DNA of 64,000 bases, taken from assembly GCF_036588685.1 (NCBI RefSeq), contig NC_086375.1, positions 44,020,001 to 44,084,000 of the forward strand, in the 5' to 3' direction. The notes under the pieces were generated by a model. That model did not search any database and was not told the DNA's origin. It saw only the letters and a list, made by a program, of their open reading frames with translations. Positions 25,380 through 37,029 of this stretch are shown here, in pieces. Within the stretch, counting starts at the first letter, position 1; every line of letters starts with the position of its first letter. This DNA comes from Mytilus trossulus. Taxonomy: Eukaryota. Made by a program: the position numbers and the translations under genes.

Positions 25380-26336
25380 ATGCAAAGACGTCATAATTTA
25401 GAATTACGGTTGCTATTAACGACATCTCTAAGGGGGAATAAAAAATATGTTAGACTCACAGTACAAATGAACAATATGAATAGCGACAACCATGATAGAG
25501 CAACCGACGATTCCGATTTTTCCGCTGACGAGTTTCTATGTGATGTCAACCTTATTGTAGAAGAAAAACCTCTATATACTAGTCGCAGTTTGTTAGCTTT
25601 TGCTTCACCTGTGTTTAAATGTATGTTTTCCGGGGAATTCAAAGAAAAGGAACAATCAAATATTGATCTCCCTGACAAGTCATATCAGGATGTTTCAGAA
25701 ATGATTCGTTTCATTCATCCAGGATTCAGTGACGATTTAGAAGCTGGTACGGATTCTGCGTTTCGTCTATTACCAATTGCAGAAGAATATCAAATAGACA
25801 AGCTAAAGGAAAAGTGTGAAGACGTTCTCTTGTCCAAGCTGAAAAGTGGTTCATATACTCAAGATTTTGTAGCTGACAGTTTGATAGTAGCAGATAAGTA
25901 TGTGTTGCAAAACCTGTTACAAGAATGCATTGAATTATGCAGTAAATCAAAAACTTTATGGCAAGTAGTTAAAGATAGTAAAACCATGTCACTAGAAATA
26001 AAGACGAAAGCTTTCGAATCTCGGTTGCGGAAACTAGAATTCGAACAGGATAGCTTTAACATCATGAAACAGAGAGTTAGTGCAGTGGCGTATAGGTTGA
26101 AAGAAATAGTGCATCCTCACGAAAATCACTGCAGGTGTCGAACAGAACTAAAACTTCGATCCCCTCTGCAGCGAACGTGTGTTTACTGTGCGCGAACATG
26201 GTGTTCTGAAAATGTCAGCACAGATTCATATCGGAACTCATACTGGTTTTACTGTAACCATAGGATAGGTTATACTGTAGCAAATGACACTATAATTAAA
26301 AGCTTCTTGGAAACTAAAGAATTCCTGAATTTATGA
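25380..26336 (+). CDS. BTB/POZ-domain protein (BTB + BACK-like helices, Cys/His-rich C-terminus); start may be 25467
   Basis: CDVNLIVEEKPLYTSRSLLAFASPVFKCMFSGEFKEK...IDLPDK...RLLPIAEEYQIDKLKEKCE is a typical BTB signature; single uninterrupted ORF. Confidence 0.9.
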   Translation: MQRRHNLELRLLLTTSLRGNKKYVRLTVQMNNMNSDNHDRATDDSDFSADEFLCDVNLIVEEKPLYTSRSLLAFASPVFKCMFSGEFKEKEQSNIDLPDKSYQDVSEMIRFIHPGFSDDLEAGTDSAFRLLPIAEEYQIDKLKEKCEDVLLSKLKSGSYTQDFVADSLIVADKYVLQNLLQECIELCSKSKTLWQVVKDSKTMSLEIKTKAFESRLRKLEFEQDSFNIMKQRVSAVAYRLKEIVHPHENHCRCRTELKLRSPLQRTCVYCARTWCSENVSTDSYRNSYWFYCNHRIGYTVANDTIIKSFLETKEFLNL

Positions 26337-26619
26337 CCAAAATAGACATTTTTACAGTGTTAATATATCATATTTCTATAAATTATATTATACCGATCAT
26401 TGGTCTTAGTTTGTTTTCTTTGTTTTGCTTGCAAACCATGATGAAAGTATTCAATTGCTTTTTTGATGTGTATAATTTGTAAAAAGTTTTGCATAACTTA
26501 TAAAGGCAACGGAAGTATTGACTGGAATCATACGTTAACTTGATAGTATTGCATACAAATCATTTTGAGCTATTTTTGGTTGTTCACATTTTCAACGGTC
26601 TTCTTTTATTAAAACAGAT

Positions 26620-26950
26620 AGTACACATGGCTTTTACAGATTTTTGTCTGTAGTTCACATGACTTTTAGGCCTATCATACACATACATGACTTTTGTTCT
26701 CAATAACAGAGTCTAAGGTGCTAGTACACTTGCCGACTATTTTTCTAATAACTGACATTAGGCTCTAGTATAAACATGACTTTTTGTCTAATAACAGATA
26801 TAGTTGTCTGCAGTACACCTGACTTTTTTTCTTCTAAAAGCAGATATAAGTCCCTAGTACACATGTCTTTTTTCTAAAACCAAATATTAGGCCCTGGTAC
26901 ACATGTCTTTTTTCTAATAACAGTAATTAGACTCTAGAACACATGCCTTT
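26620..26950 (+). repeat. Degenerate ~40-bp tandem repeat
   Basis: Recurring tagtacacatg[a/t]ctttttt..ctaataacag motif. Confidence 0.65.
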
Positions 26951-27793
26951 TCTGGTGAATACCATTTGAACTTATCAAATGTTTGCTATAATACTTTTAT
27001 CAATGACTATAAAATGGTGTATCATCCTTATGCAGTTAAAACTCGAGAGCGAAAGTTCAAATCACAAATTTTTCTCATATTCCTTTGTACTGGTTCCATC
27101 TAGTTTATATCACCCCCCACATTTTTTTGGTGGGGTTCGTGTTGCTTATTCTTTAGTTTTCTATGTTGTGTCATGTGTACTATTGTTTGTTTGTCTTTTT
27201 TTCATTTTTAGCCATGGCGTTGTCAATTTATTTTCGATTTATGAGTTTGACTGTCCCTCTGGTACCTTTCGTCCCTCTTTTATAGTATTGAGATAACTTT
27301 TTTTTCAAATAAAGACATAAGAAAACCGTACTTTGACCTATAATATGATTTTTCTTCTGCAAATTGTGACTTGGATGGAGAGTTTTCTCATTGGCACTCA
27401 AACCACATCTTCGTATATCTATTTGATTGTTTACCACCATTACCAAGTGTGTTACAAATTAAGGATGTCCCGAATAAGCTATACAAAGGTAAAAAAAATG
27501 TGAGATCATTAATCGAAAGTAAATAACTAGATTTTAATAAATAGCACTTAATAACAGTTTTTTTTTCCTAACAATGCTATGCATTAAAACAAATTTTGGC
27601 ACATATAGAGAAGAAGTCAGACGCATAATTAAACACAGAATCACTCGTGCTAGTTTACAGAACAACTTTTAACCACGAAGATTGAACAGCAATATTACTG
27701 AATTGGCATTTCGTACATATCGTTTTAAATTGTCGACCACTGGCTTTGGTCAATACTGCTTTGTGATGTTTTAGAAACAATATTTTAAAAGAA

Positions 27794-29356
27794 CTATGAC
27801 TGGAGCACCTTGATAATTGGCTCCGGAGGCAATGCTCCTGGTAAAACTAGTCTATAACATTTCGGTTCCAGTGGACTGAAACATTTCTCTGCGGTACCTT
27901 TACGAGGATTGTTTTTCTGTTGTCTCCCACGTTGACTAACGGTTTTTCTTGGTAAATTAGCGATGTCTTCTCGGATACTCTTATATTGGTCTTTGTCTAA
28001 CTCTGACGTGGAAATTGTTTTGTTTTGTAACTGATCTAGGAGCTGTCTAGCTATTTGAGATTGCTTCGAATAAGGGGGTAAAGACATAATGTATGCCTCT
28101 ATAGCTTTTAGAATAAGCTCATCATAAACAGATGATACAATGTCAATTTTTGGTAAATCGAGTGATTTACCAGACCTGTATGATCTTCCGGAAGACGAAT
28201 GTAAGAGGCGGGTTCCTGTGAGTGACTTTAAGTCACTTAAACTTTTTGACTTTTCTGAACTGAAGTCGGGAACTGTCAACGGTCTTAATCCAAGAGAAGG
28301 CAGAATTTCATTAAAACTGCTAATTTGACTTCCTTTTATAGATGGAAGGTCAACGGATTCCGCAAAATGTACTCTTTTTTGTGAGGAATCTTGAGATACT
28401 GATTTTCGAACGAAATCGAGAGATCTGACACCATATGATCCTGCAGTTCCTAACGCTTTCCTTTGTTCATCAAGGGAAATAAACGGTAATTCCAAACACT
28501 TGGTTGACAAAAATCTTGTAGATCCACGAAGTACGACGGTTTTTCCACTAGTTTCTCTCATTTCCCTAGTTTCAACTATTTCATTGTCTTCGCATATAGT
28601 CATTTTAATAGGTTTTTCATATATAGTCTCAAAATCCTGGTAATCCCAGTCTCTGCTGCCACGATGTCCAATAGATGTAGTTATTGTTGTTGCAGGAGTA
28701 GTCGGGGGATTTTTAGGCGTTAACTTTATTGGCAGCGGAAATACTATCTGCTTTTGAGTTGACGGTCTTTCGGGTAAAACCATTGGTTGTGACGGAAGTC
28801 CAAAATTATTTAGTGTCATCGTTTTTGATTTGTCTGTAAATATTCCATAATCTTCCTTTGTTGTAAACACAGTAGATCGACTAACTAGTTGTTTCCGTTT
28901 TTCATCGTCCCTCTGTCTCTCTTTCAATTTTGCTTTCACTTTTGTTACTTTTTCCTGTTTATCTGGCGAAACGACAAAATACACATACGGTACTTCTTCG
29001 CCTGTGTTTGAAATTGGAACCATTTCCATCGCTGTTTCCGTGTCAGGGACTTTCATGTCCTTCGTAGTTGGAGTGAACACATCGGCTACATGTGGAATGG
29101 ATCTTGAGCAGTTCAAGGCTTGGTTGTGTACCTTTTCAAAATGTCTAGCTCTGGATTCTTCAAGCTTTGAGCGAATTAAGGTCATTCTTTTCCGTGTCAG
29201 TTCGTTTCTTGTTATAACGAGTTGCTTGCTTTTGTTGGTTTTGTTCTTTTTCACTTGCTTCTTTTCCTTTTCGGCTTTTTCATTATCTTCGCCATCATTA
29301 AACTGGTTTGGCGGAGTCGTGTGCATGATGAAATATGAGGACACTGACGAAGCCAT
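27794..29356 (-). CDS. Uncharacterised 520-aa basic, Ser/Thr/Lys-rich, largely disordered protein (single coding exon)
   Basis: Long ORF in AT-rich DNA. Acceptor tttatttgtag at 29377 just upstream and an in-frame TAA immediately before the ATG. Possible non-coding upstream exon donors near 31038 and 33495. No domain recognised. Confidence 0.75.
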   Translation of the reverse strand: MASSVSSYFIMHTTPPNQFNDGEDNEKAEKEKKQVKKNKTNKSKQLVITRNELTRKRMTLIRSKLEESRARHFEKVHNQALNCSRSIPHVADVFTPTTKDMKVPDTETAMEMVPISNTGEEVPYVYFVVSPDKQEKVTKVKAKLKERQRDDEKRKQLVSRSTVFTTKEDYGIFTDKSKTMTLNNFGLPSQPMVLPERPSTQKQIVFPLPIKLTPKNPPTTPATTITTSIGHRGSRDWDYQDFETIYEKPIKMTICEDNEIVETREMRETSGKTVVLRGSTRFLSTKCLELPFISLDEQRKALGTAGSYGVRSLDFVRKSVSQDSSQKRVHFAESVDLPSIKGSQISSFNEILPSLGLRPLTVPDFSSEKSKSLSDLKSLTGTRLLHSSSGRSYRSGKSLDLPKIDIVSSVYDELILKAIEAYIMSLPPYSKQSQIARQLLDQLQNKTISTSELDKDQYKSIREDIANLPRKTVSQRGRQQKNNPRKGTAEKCFSPLEPKCYRLVLPGALPPEPIIKVLQS

Positions 29357-32300
29357 TTAAATCTATGTAGAACACCCTACAAATAAAAAAAAAATGCACT
29401 GAAATATGTGATGAGATTTTGTTAATTGTTAACAAAGCAATACAATAATAAATGGTAGATATGTATATATTTTATAACATTTGATAACTACACAAGACAT
29501 AAGTTGCACTAATCTGGTTGAATGAAAATGTTTTGTAATTTGCCAACAGAACAGACATCTTCGATGGCATTTGGTATCTGGTGGAGAGTTGTCTCATCGG
29601 CAAACATACCACATATTCTTATTCTTATATATCAACCACGCAAGATATCGTGTTGCTCGTTTAGGTCTATTCTACCCATACCGTATGTTGTCACGTGAAA
29701 AAAAAACCAACAAAGTTAAGAGACAGAGTCGATTCCTCTCTCGGTAAGTTTTCTCTAGCAAGCTCATTTTAAAAGTTATCAAGTCTTGATTTTTTTTTCG
29801 AAATAGTTCATCTTCTTGTATATAAAAAAGAAGATGTGGTATGATTGCCAATGAGACAACTATCCACAAAAGACCGAAATGACACAGAAACTAACAACTA
29901 TAGGTCACCGTACGGCCTTCAACAATGAGCAAAGCCCATACCGAATAGTATCATACTTTATTTCTCAACATTCAACAAAATTAGCATTCTTATAGTTCGA
30001 TGATGATTATAATGAAGCAAAGCGAATCATAGATGAAGACAAAGATTTCATGGTAATTGTGTCAATGGTACAATAGATATATATTGTCTCTTTGGTACAC
30101 ATTCAGCTATTTTGGTTCCAGCTGTTAAAAAGGATAAGACTTGAAGAGGTAAACAATGTTATAGGTGTTGTTAATTACTGTTTTGTTTGTATTTGTATTT
30201 TTGTAATCTCCTTACGATTTTATGCGGTTAAATGGAAATTTTCCAATACAGATTTTAATTGTACGGATTTTTTGCACCTTTTTATTCCACCTTCTATCGA
30301 GATTAAAATAGTACACTGATATCCTGAATAACATTCACCTCGCCACATGTTCAAGTCAGGAACCTCGTCAATAGTATTCGTTGTTCTTTGTTGGATTGCT
30401 GTCTTGTTTACATGTACCCCTGATCTTCTTTTATTCAATATGCAAAATTTGCAATAATTACCGTAATGGTCTTTAACAATATTATATCACTGTTTGTTGG
30501 AAAACCCGGAGCAATTTCATGACGTGATTAAAAGTTTGTTCTAGAACTTAGCAAAAAAAGATGGAATTCGCCAAGTCATTGCAAATAAGATAGATCACTT
30601 TTGTTAAACTACAATAAGTAACAGAAACAAATCTTGAAAATATCCCAATCAACGAAGTCAATACTGTGACTTATAACAATTCCATTTAATACAGTGAGAA
30701 ATAGCAGAATGAAGTTGACTCATTAGAATTGCATACGGTATTCCTTATAAATAACAATACTTCATGTTCATAGAGTTATACAGTTCATAAGAGATAATGT
30801 GTGTTTCGAACAGTTAGAGAACCCATGACGGTCAAACTCAGTAAAATGCATTCTCAAGAAAAATTCAAGTCTATACTGTGATCAGGTGTTTTGAGAATTT
30901 TAGCTGTTGATACCCTTAGGGATCAAAGACCGCATTTTAAGACCTACGCCCTGTTAAATGAAATTATAGACACGTACATAAAATAGCGTGTTTGTACTTT
31001 AGCTGAATATGTTAAATAACAAAATGTATGTGCGACTTACCTCTTACATATTGCAAGTATTTACCAATATTTCACTAGGACCATTTAAAATGGCAACTCA
31101 ATAATTATGTTACCCTAACAGTTAGAACTTTTTGTAAATAGTTTAATCCCGTTAATACTTCTTTAAAATAAAATAACACAATTCTAGACACAAAGGCTAA
31201 TCCGGTTAAACCTCTTATATTAATATCTGTATTAGTTCGTTAGAGAGTTGATAATCCCAGATATGTACATTACTTTATTTAACCTATATCTGTAAATTCA
31301 ATATGATATTATTACATCTATTGAAACTGGTTCCTAATTATTCAGATTGTGATCAATCTTTGTTAGGTGAAGACAATGCGATAGTTTTTGTGTAATTGTT
31401 GATGATTTCCATGTTAAAATGCTAACGAATGCGGAGGATTTTTCTTGTTTTTAATTATATAATTTTGTTTGGAACACCATGCTATGCAAACATGAGTACT
31501 CCCAATTTTGCAAATCAAGTTAAACAGAATACTATATATGTCTTTTAATACATTATTTTCTACATTTTTCAATGTTACATACCAATATGACACCATGTGT
31601 TTTAAAGTCGTGACTAGTGACTACGACACGAAAGTTAATTGGAAAACAAGTACATACAAAGTTCTTCTTTACTCTGCTCTTCAAAATTTAAAGCAATAAA
31701 GAAGCGAAGACAAGTCTTTTTTAACAGTGCTAAAAAATACTCCGAGTATTAGAGTTGCTCTACAATGGCCATTTTCCCTTTGTTTTGTGTGTGCTTTGCA
31801 AGGACGTTTGTTCAAGCTACACATTCACAGATAATAACATAGCCGAAGTACCAGTCAAACGTTAAAATAATTATGATTAATGTGTAAATTTCAAGTGTAG
31901 GAGAAACAATAGTTGTTAAAATCTAAAGCCTCGGTCACACCTTACCGGATAGCTCGAACGGACGCCTAACGGATGAAAATAAAAGTTTTCCGTTGACAAA
32001 ATTGTTATCCGTTGGGAGTCCGTAGATTAAGGGTCGAACGTGTCATTCTATTTGTGTTGTTTCGAAAGGAGGCGAAGATAGAAGGAGAGAGGTTTTGGGA
32101 AAAGTTCCCAGATAGTGAGAACCGTGCTATCTTACAACAGTATGCGTCTGAAAAGACTAGTAGAGTGAGTATATTTAGTATGAGTTTATTATTCATAATG
32201 TTTTCTTTCACGTTTGTGGTTTTTTTTTAATTTCTTAGTTTTTTCGGTATCACTATGACTGGTCTTCCTTCTTTTCTTTTTTCTAATATCAACCATGTTT

Positions 32301-32413
32301 AGCAATTTATTTTTTTAATAGTTGCATCAGTTAGAACAATCTGTTGCTCTTTTCACAAAAAAAAACTATTACGACTTAAAAGAAAAGCATGAATATTTCA
32401 GCACACACAGATA

Positions 32414-33404
32414 CTACGGGGCGCCGAATGGGACTCTTGTGGTTTTGTACTCAAAATTCAATTTTGTATGGACAAAAGTGACTTTTGTTCAACAAAAATA
32501 AGTTCAGTTTAACAAAATTTGTATCATACTACAAATTTAAAATTTTGTCATACAAAATTATCTATCAGCGGACAAAAGTCACTTTTGTCATGACAAAATT
32601 CATTTTTGTTACACAGACTTGAATTTTGTGTACTTATTTGAAAATTGGGCGACAAAAGTCAATTTTGTATTCAAATTAGTTTAGTTTGGTTTCTGTGAAC
32701 TAATTTGCATACAAAATCGACTTTTGTTACACAAAATTGACTTTTGTGAGACAAAATTGACTTTTGTCTCAACAAAATTGACAAATTTAAATTTTGTCTC
32801 AACAAAATTGACAAAATTGACTTTTGTCTCAACAAAATTAACAAAATTGACTTTTGTCTCTACAAAATTAACAAAATTGACTTTTGTCTCTACAAAATTA
32901 ACAAAATTGACTTTTGTCTCAACAAAATTGACTTTTGTCTCAACAAAATTGATTTTTGTCTCAACAAAATTGACAAAATTGACTTTTGTCTCAACAAAAT
33001 TAACAAAATTGACTTTTGTCTCAACAAAATTGACAAAATTGAATTTTGTCTCACAAAAGTCAATTTTGTCTCACAAAATTGAATCTTACCTCACACAATT
33101 GACTTTTGTGATTTAATTTCCATATCAGGTAACAAAAGTCAATTTTGTATGCAAATATGTTTATATTTGCATACCTTTTAGACAAAATTGACTTTTGTCA
33201 TGACAAATATGAATTTTGTCTACAAAAATGAATTTTGTCATGACAAAAATGAATTTTGTCTACACAAATGAATTTTGTCATCACAAAATTGAAGTTCTCA
33301 CAAAACAAGTCTGTAGCACATAGTTTTGTAAGACAAAACTGATTTTGTTGTGACAGAATTGAATTTTGTACAAAACCACAAGAGTCCCATTCGGCGCCCC
33401 GTAG
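32414..33404. mobile_element. Non-autonomous DNA transposon with 37-bp perfect TIRs and internal acaaaattgacttttgtctca tandem array
   Basis: ctacggggcgccgaatgggactcttgtggttttgtac at 32414 and its exact reverse complement ending at 33404. Flanked by ATA (or GATAC if the termini are TACGG/CCGTA). Internal 21/30-bp repeats. Confidence 0.9.
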
Positions 33405-34181
33405 ATACATTCTAATCGCGCCTTTTTGTGAAAAGAAAAACAAATATGTAGAGCCCGACTCGTAATCCGGAGAGAGAAGATGCACATTTTCTTACCCCGT
33501 TAAATTTCGCTCATTCCTTTTCTTGTAAGTCCTTTTTCTTATTACCTACTTTTACAGTTTAATACATAATCCAAAAAAACAAGTTCGATCGTATTAATGA
33601 TCTTCATTGATTGTTACTGTGTAGACCGATTTTTATAATATATTGTAATTGTCTGCTAGAAGCTATGTCATATATAAAATCCCTGCAATTAGCGCCCTTT
33701 ATTTCGTCATGTTATATATTTCTTTGAAACATAATATATTAGACATTTTATTACTAATTGACTTAGAGAAGTTATCGAATATTTTAACAAGAAAAATGTT
33801 ATCGAAAACATAGAAACGGGCTTAAAATGGTCAGACGCTCCACGTATAAAAAAATGTGGATTCGCCACTGATTAACCTAAACCCCCGTTTTCTATTAAAT
33901 GGTCATAGGCCAGTGATAGCGAACATCTGAATCAAGTTGTTCGGACTTCAACTTCATTATAAACTAACTTGCTAAAAACTTTAACCTAATTCGGGACAGA
34001 CGGACGAACGAACGGTACGACGCACATACCATAAAACTTAATGCGCCTCTACTATCGTAGGTGGGGCATAAAAATGTAAATCATGACTGAAACAAATGTG
34101 CCGACCAAACATAATAGGAAACAACAAGGGCTGATGATATTCAACCGACTTTTTGTTAGTCAGATAAAAAAACAAATGTTG

Positions 34182-34595
34182 TATATAAAAAAGAAGATGT
34201 GGTATGATTGCCAATGAGACAACTATCCACAAAAGACCAAAATGACACAAACATTTACAATTATAGGTCACCGTACGGCCTTCAACAATGAGCAAAGCCC
34301 ATACCGCATATAGTCAGCTATAAAAGGCCCCGATAAGACAATGTAAAACAATTCAAGCGAGAAAACTTACAGCCTTATTTATGTAAAAAAAAAATGAACG
34401 AAAAACAAATATGCAACACATAAACAAACGACAACCACTGAATTACAGGCTCCTGACTTGGGACAGGCACATACATAAATAATGTGGCGGGGTTAAACAT
34501 GTTAGCGGGATCCCAACCCTCCCTCTAACCTGGGACAGTGGTATAACAGTACAACAAAATAACGAACTATAAAAATCAGTTGAAAAAGGCTTCAC
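34182..34595 (+). repeat. Abundant dispersed repeat (aagaagatgtggtatgattgccaatgagacaac...), longest copy; others at 6128, 14940, 27320(-), 29580(-), 29820, 53022, 55135(-)
   Basis: Multiple homologous copies in both orientations with a shared end. Confidence 0.75.
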
Positions 34596-35299
34596 CACTT
34601 TTAATTCATTAGAAAAATCATTATAATATAAATTAAATTTACAATATAAATGTTCAGTTGATATTTCTACAGTTCAGTGATTATTATAACAACAAGTGAA
34701 CTGATTTTGACATTAATTGTGCAATCTGTTAATTAGCCGTATAATATTTGTTACGTTATATATTAACAAAGACTTAAGGATTGTCACAGTTAGCACCCTT
34801 TATTTCATCTCATTTAATATTTTTTGCACATACAAAATGTAAGAAATTTTATAGCTAACTGAACATTAAAAGTGTCAAGAATATAAAAAAAAGTGATATG
34901 CAGATTAAAACAAAAAAATATGGTTCTGCATACAGGTATATGTTGCAAATTGTAAAATGTTAAAAGACCGGTGAAGTATGACATGTTCATTGCAATAAAA
35001 AGCATACTTTTTTTCAACATAGTGGTGTACTCCTACCTAATGAAGGTTAACTGAAGGGACGAGTACCGATGGACTGTGCTGACCACAGCCCTGAAGGAGT
35101 AGAACACCTGTACTGTCAAAGCCACTTTGAATGTTAATAATAATTCTCATGCGCATGGGAACAGTATTAAACTGAGAGGAGATGGGATTATGTATAGGAG
35201 TAAGGGCTACGTGACGTGTCGTGTAGGGTAGGGGGAATGACGGGGTGTATTTTTGTGGTGCAGTTTGGCGGTTATGGGTTTTTGGTTAGGTGTTTACAG

Positions 35300-36110
35300 G
35301 TAGTGCGAAGGGGTGAGCGAGTGTGTGAGGAGTGAGTGTGTGAGAATAGACATGGGGTGAATGAGTGGTGAGTGAGTGTGTGTGTGTGAGAATAGAGACG
35401 GGATGAATGAGTGATGAGTGAGTGTGTGAGAATAGAGACGGGATGAGTGAGTGTGAGAATAGAGATGGGGTGAATGAGTGTGTGAGGAGAGAGGGGATGA
35501 GAGAGGGGATGAGAGATGAGTGAGTGAGGAGAGAGGGGATGAGGGATGAGTGAGTGGATGAGGGGATGACTGAGTATGTGAAGAAAGACGGGTGTGTGAG
35601 GAGAAAGGGGGTGAATGAGTATGTGAGGAAAGAAAGGATGAGTTAGAGTGGATGTGTGAGGACGGTGAGTGAGTGTATGAGGAGAACGGGTGTGTGAGGA
35701 CGACAGTGAGTAGGTGAGGAAAGAGAGAGAGAGTGTTAGGAACGCACAAGTAATTGAGAGAGAGAGAGAGAGGGTGTTAGGAACACGTGTGTGAAAGAGA
35801 GGGTGTAGATCGGGGGTGAGGCGAGGAGGAGAATGAGAATGTGGGGGGAGAGAAGAAAGGTTGTAAGTAGGAGGATGAATGAGTGTGTGAAAAGAAATGT
35901 TGTAAGTAAGAGGATGAGTAAGTGTGTGAAAAGAAAGAGTGTAGAAAGAAAGAGGGAAAGGTTGGTTGAGGAGACAGAGTGCGAAAGAGAGGAAGCTGTG
36001 AGAGGAGAGAGACGGAGTGTGTGTGTGAGAGAAGTTAAAGGAAATGTGTGAGAAGAGAGAGTGTGTGATGTGCGAGGAGAGGAGAGTGTGTGCGTGTATT
36101 TAGAAGAGAG
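35300..36110 (+). repeat. Purine-rich (GA/GT) low-complexity tract
   Basis: gagtgtgtgaggagagagg-type degenerate repeats; source of spurious ORFs 35294(-) and 35833(+). Confidence 0.85.
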
Positions 36111-37029
36111 GATAACCTTGGTTCTATCATGGTTCTTTGGTTCGAAACCTTGGTAACTGTAACAACATCCCGGGTTGTTTGGTTATAGCAATCCAATTAT
36201 TGAGTATATCCAGGTTCCTTTCTAATATTTCTGTTAAATTTTGAGAAGGTATCCGCAAGTATCCGAATAAAATGATATATTGTTTGTTAACAATAGAACG
36301 AGATTAAAACGTGTAGCAGATTTTTCAGATTTATCTCCCGGTAGTGTTAGGTACCACTTAACAAAAAAAAAATCCGAAAACAAGGTGTCCACACCCTCAC
36401 TATCATTTTCTATGTTCAGTGGACCGTGAAATTGGGGTAAAAACTCTTATTTAGCATTCAAATTAAAAAGATCATATCATAGGGAACATGTGTCTTAAGT
36501 TTCAAGTTGATTGGACTTCAATTTCATCAAAAACTATTACCAATGTTATTTCAACTGATCAGGTGGGGTTTGTTTTAAAGTGCATCAAAGGAATTTACAA
36601 ATCAATGAAATCCAAAGATGGTTTGGTTTTTTATGAGCGAACCGGTTAGACTCCGCCCAGTCAAGAGAAATAAATTGAGTAATACCTTGACCAAAAACGT
36701 TAACCTGAAGCGGGACAGACGAACGAACGAACGAACGACCGAACGGAGAAATGGACGCACAGACCAGAAAACATATCGTAGGTGGGGCATAAAAAGTAAT
36801 TTGGAAATAAGAAGAGCGAGAATGGAATCGGAGAGAGAAAAGAACGAATCAGAACGTGTCTAAACAGTGAGATTTTCCGTTGAATAAAGAAATATCAATT
36901 GCAATATCAATTAAAAATATCTTTATCCATAGTGTCACCATATTAGCACTTTTCAATATCTTATGTCGGTGATTTATTTTGGTGTTCGGAGTCTAATCTA
37001 ACCTATACGAGTTTTCATTATACAAGCTA

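Noticed and set aside
26979-27446. Short hydrophobic ORFs (also 16164, 21188, 29672, 34038, 36602-36863, 51961)
   Set aside because: They lie within dispersed repeats found in multiple copies in this window.
31927-32035. Harbinger-like left end (taa|agcctcggtcacac)
   Set aside because: No matching right TIR found, so it is not reported as a complete element.
32724-33116. 130-aa ORF of TKLTFVS repeats
   Set aside because: Translation of the internal minisatellite of a TIR element; no evidence of coding function.
35294-36051. His/Ser-rich (-) and Arg/Glu-rich (+) ORFs
   Set aside because: Products of a GA/GT low-complexity tract.
36113-36200. X-box (RFX)-like half sites that might mark a promoter of the 27794-29356 gene
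   Set aside because: Only half-site matches, and no evidence for the TSS position.
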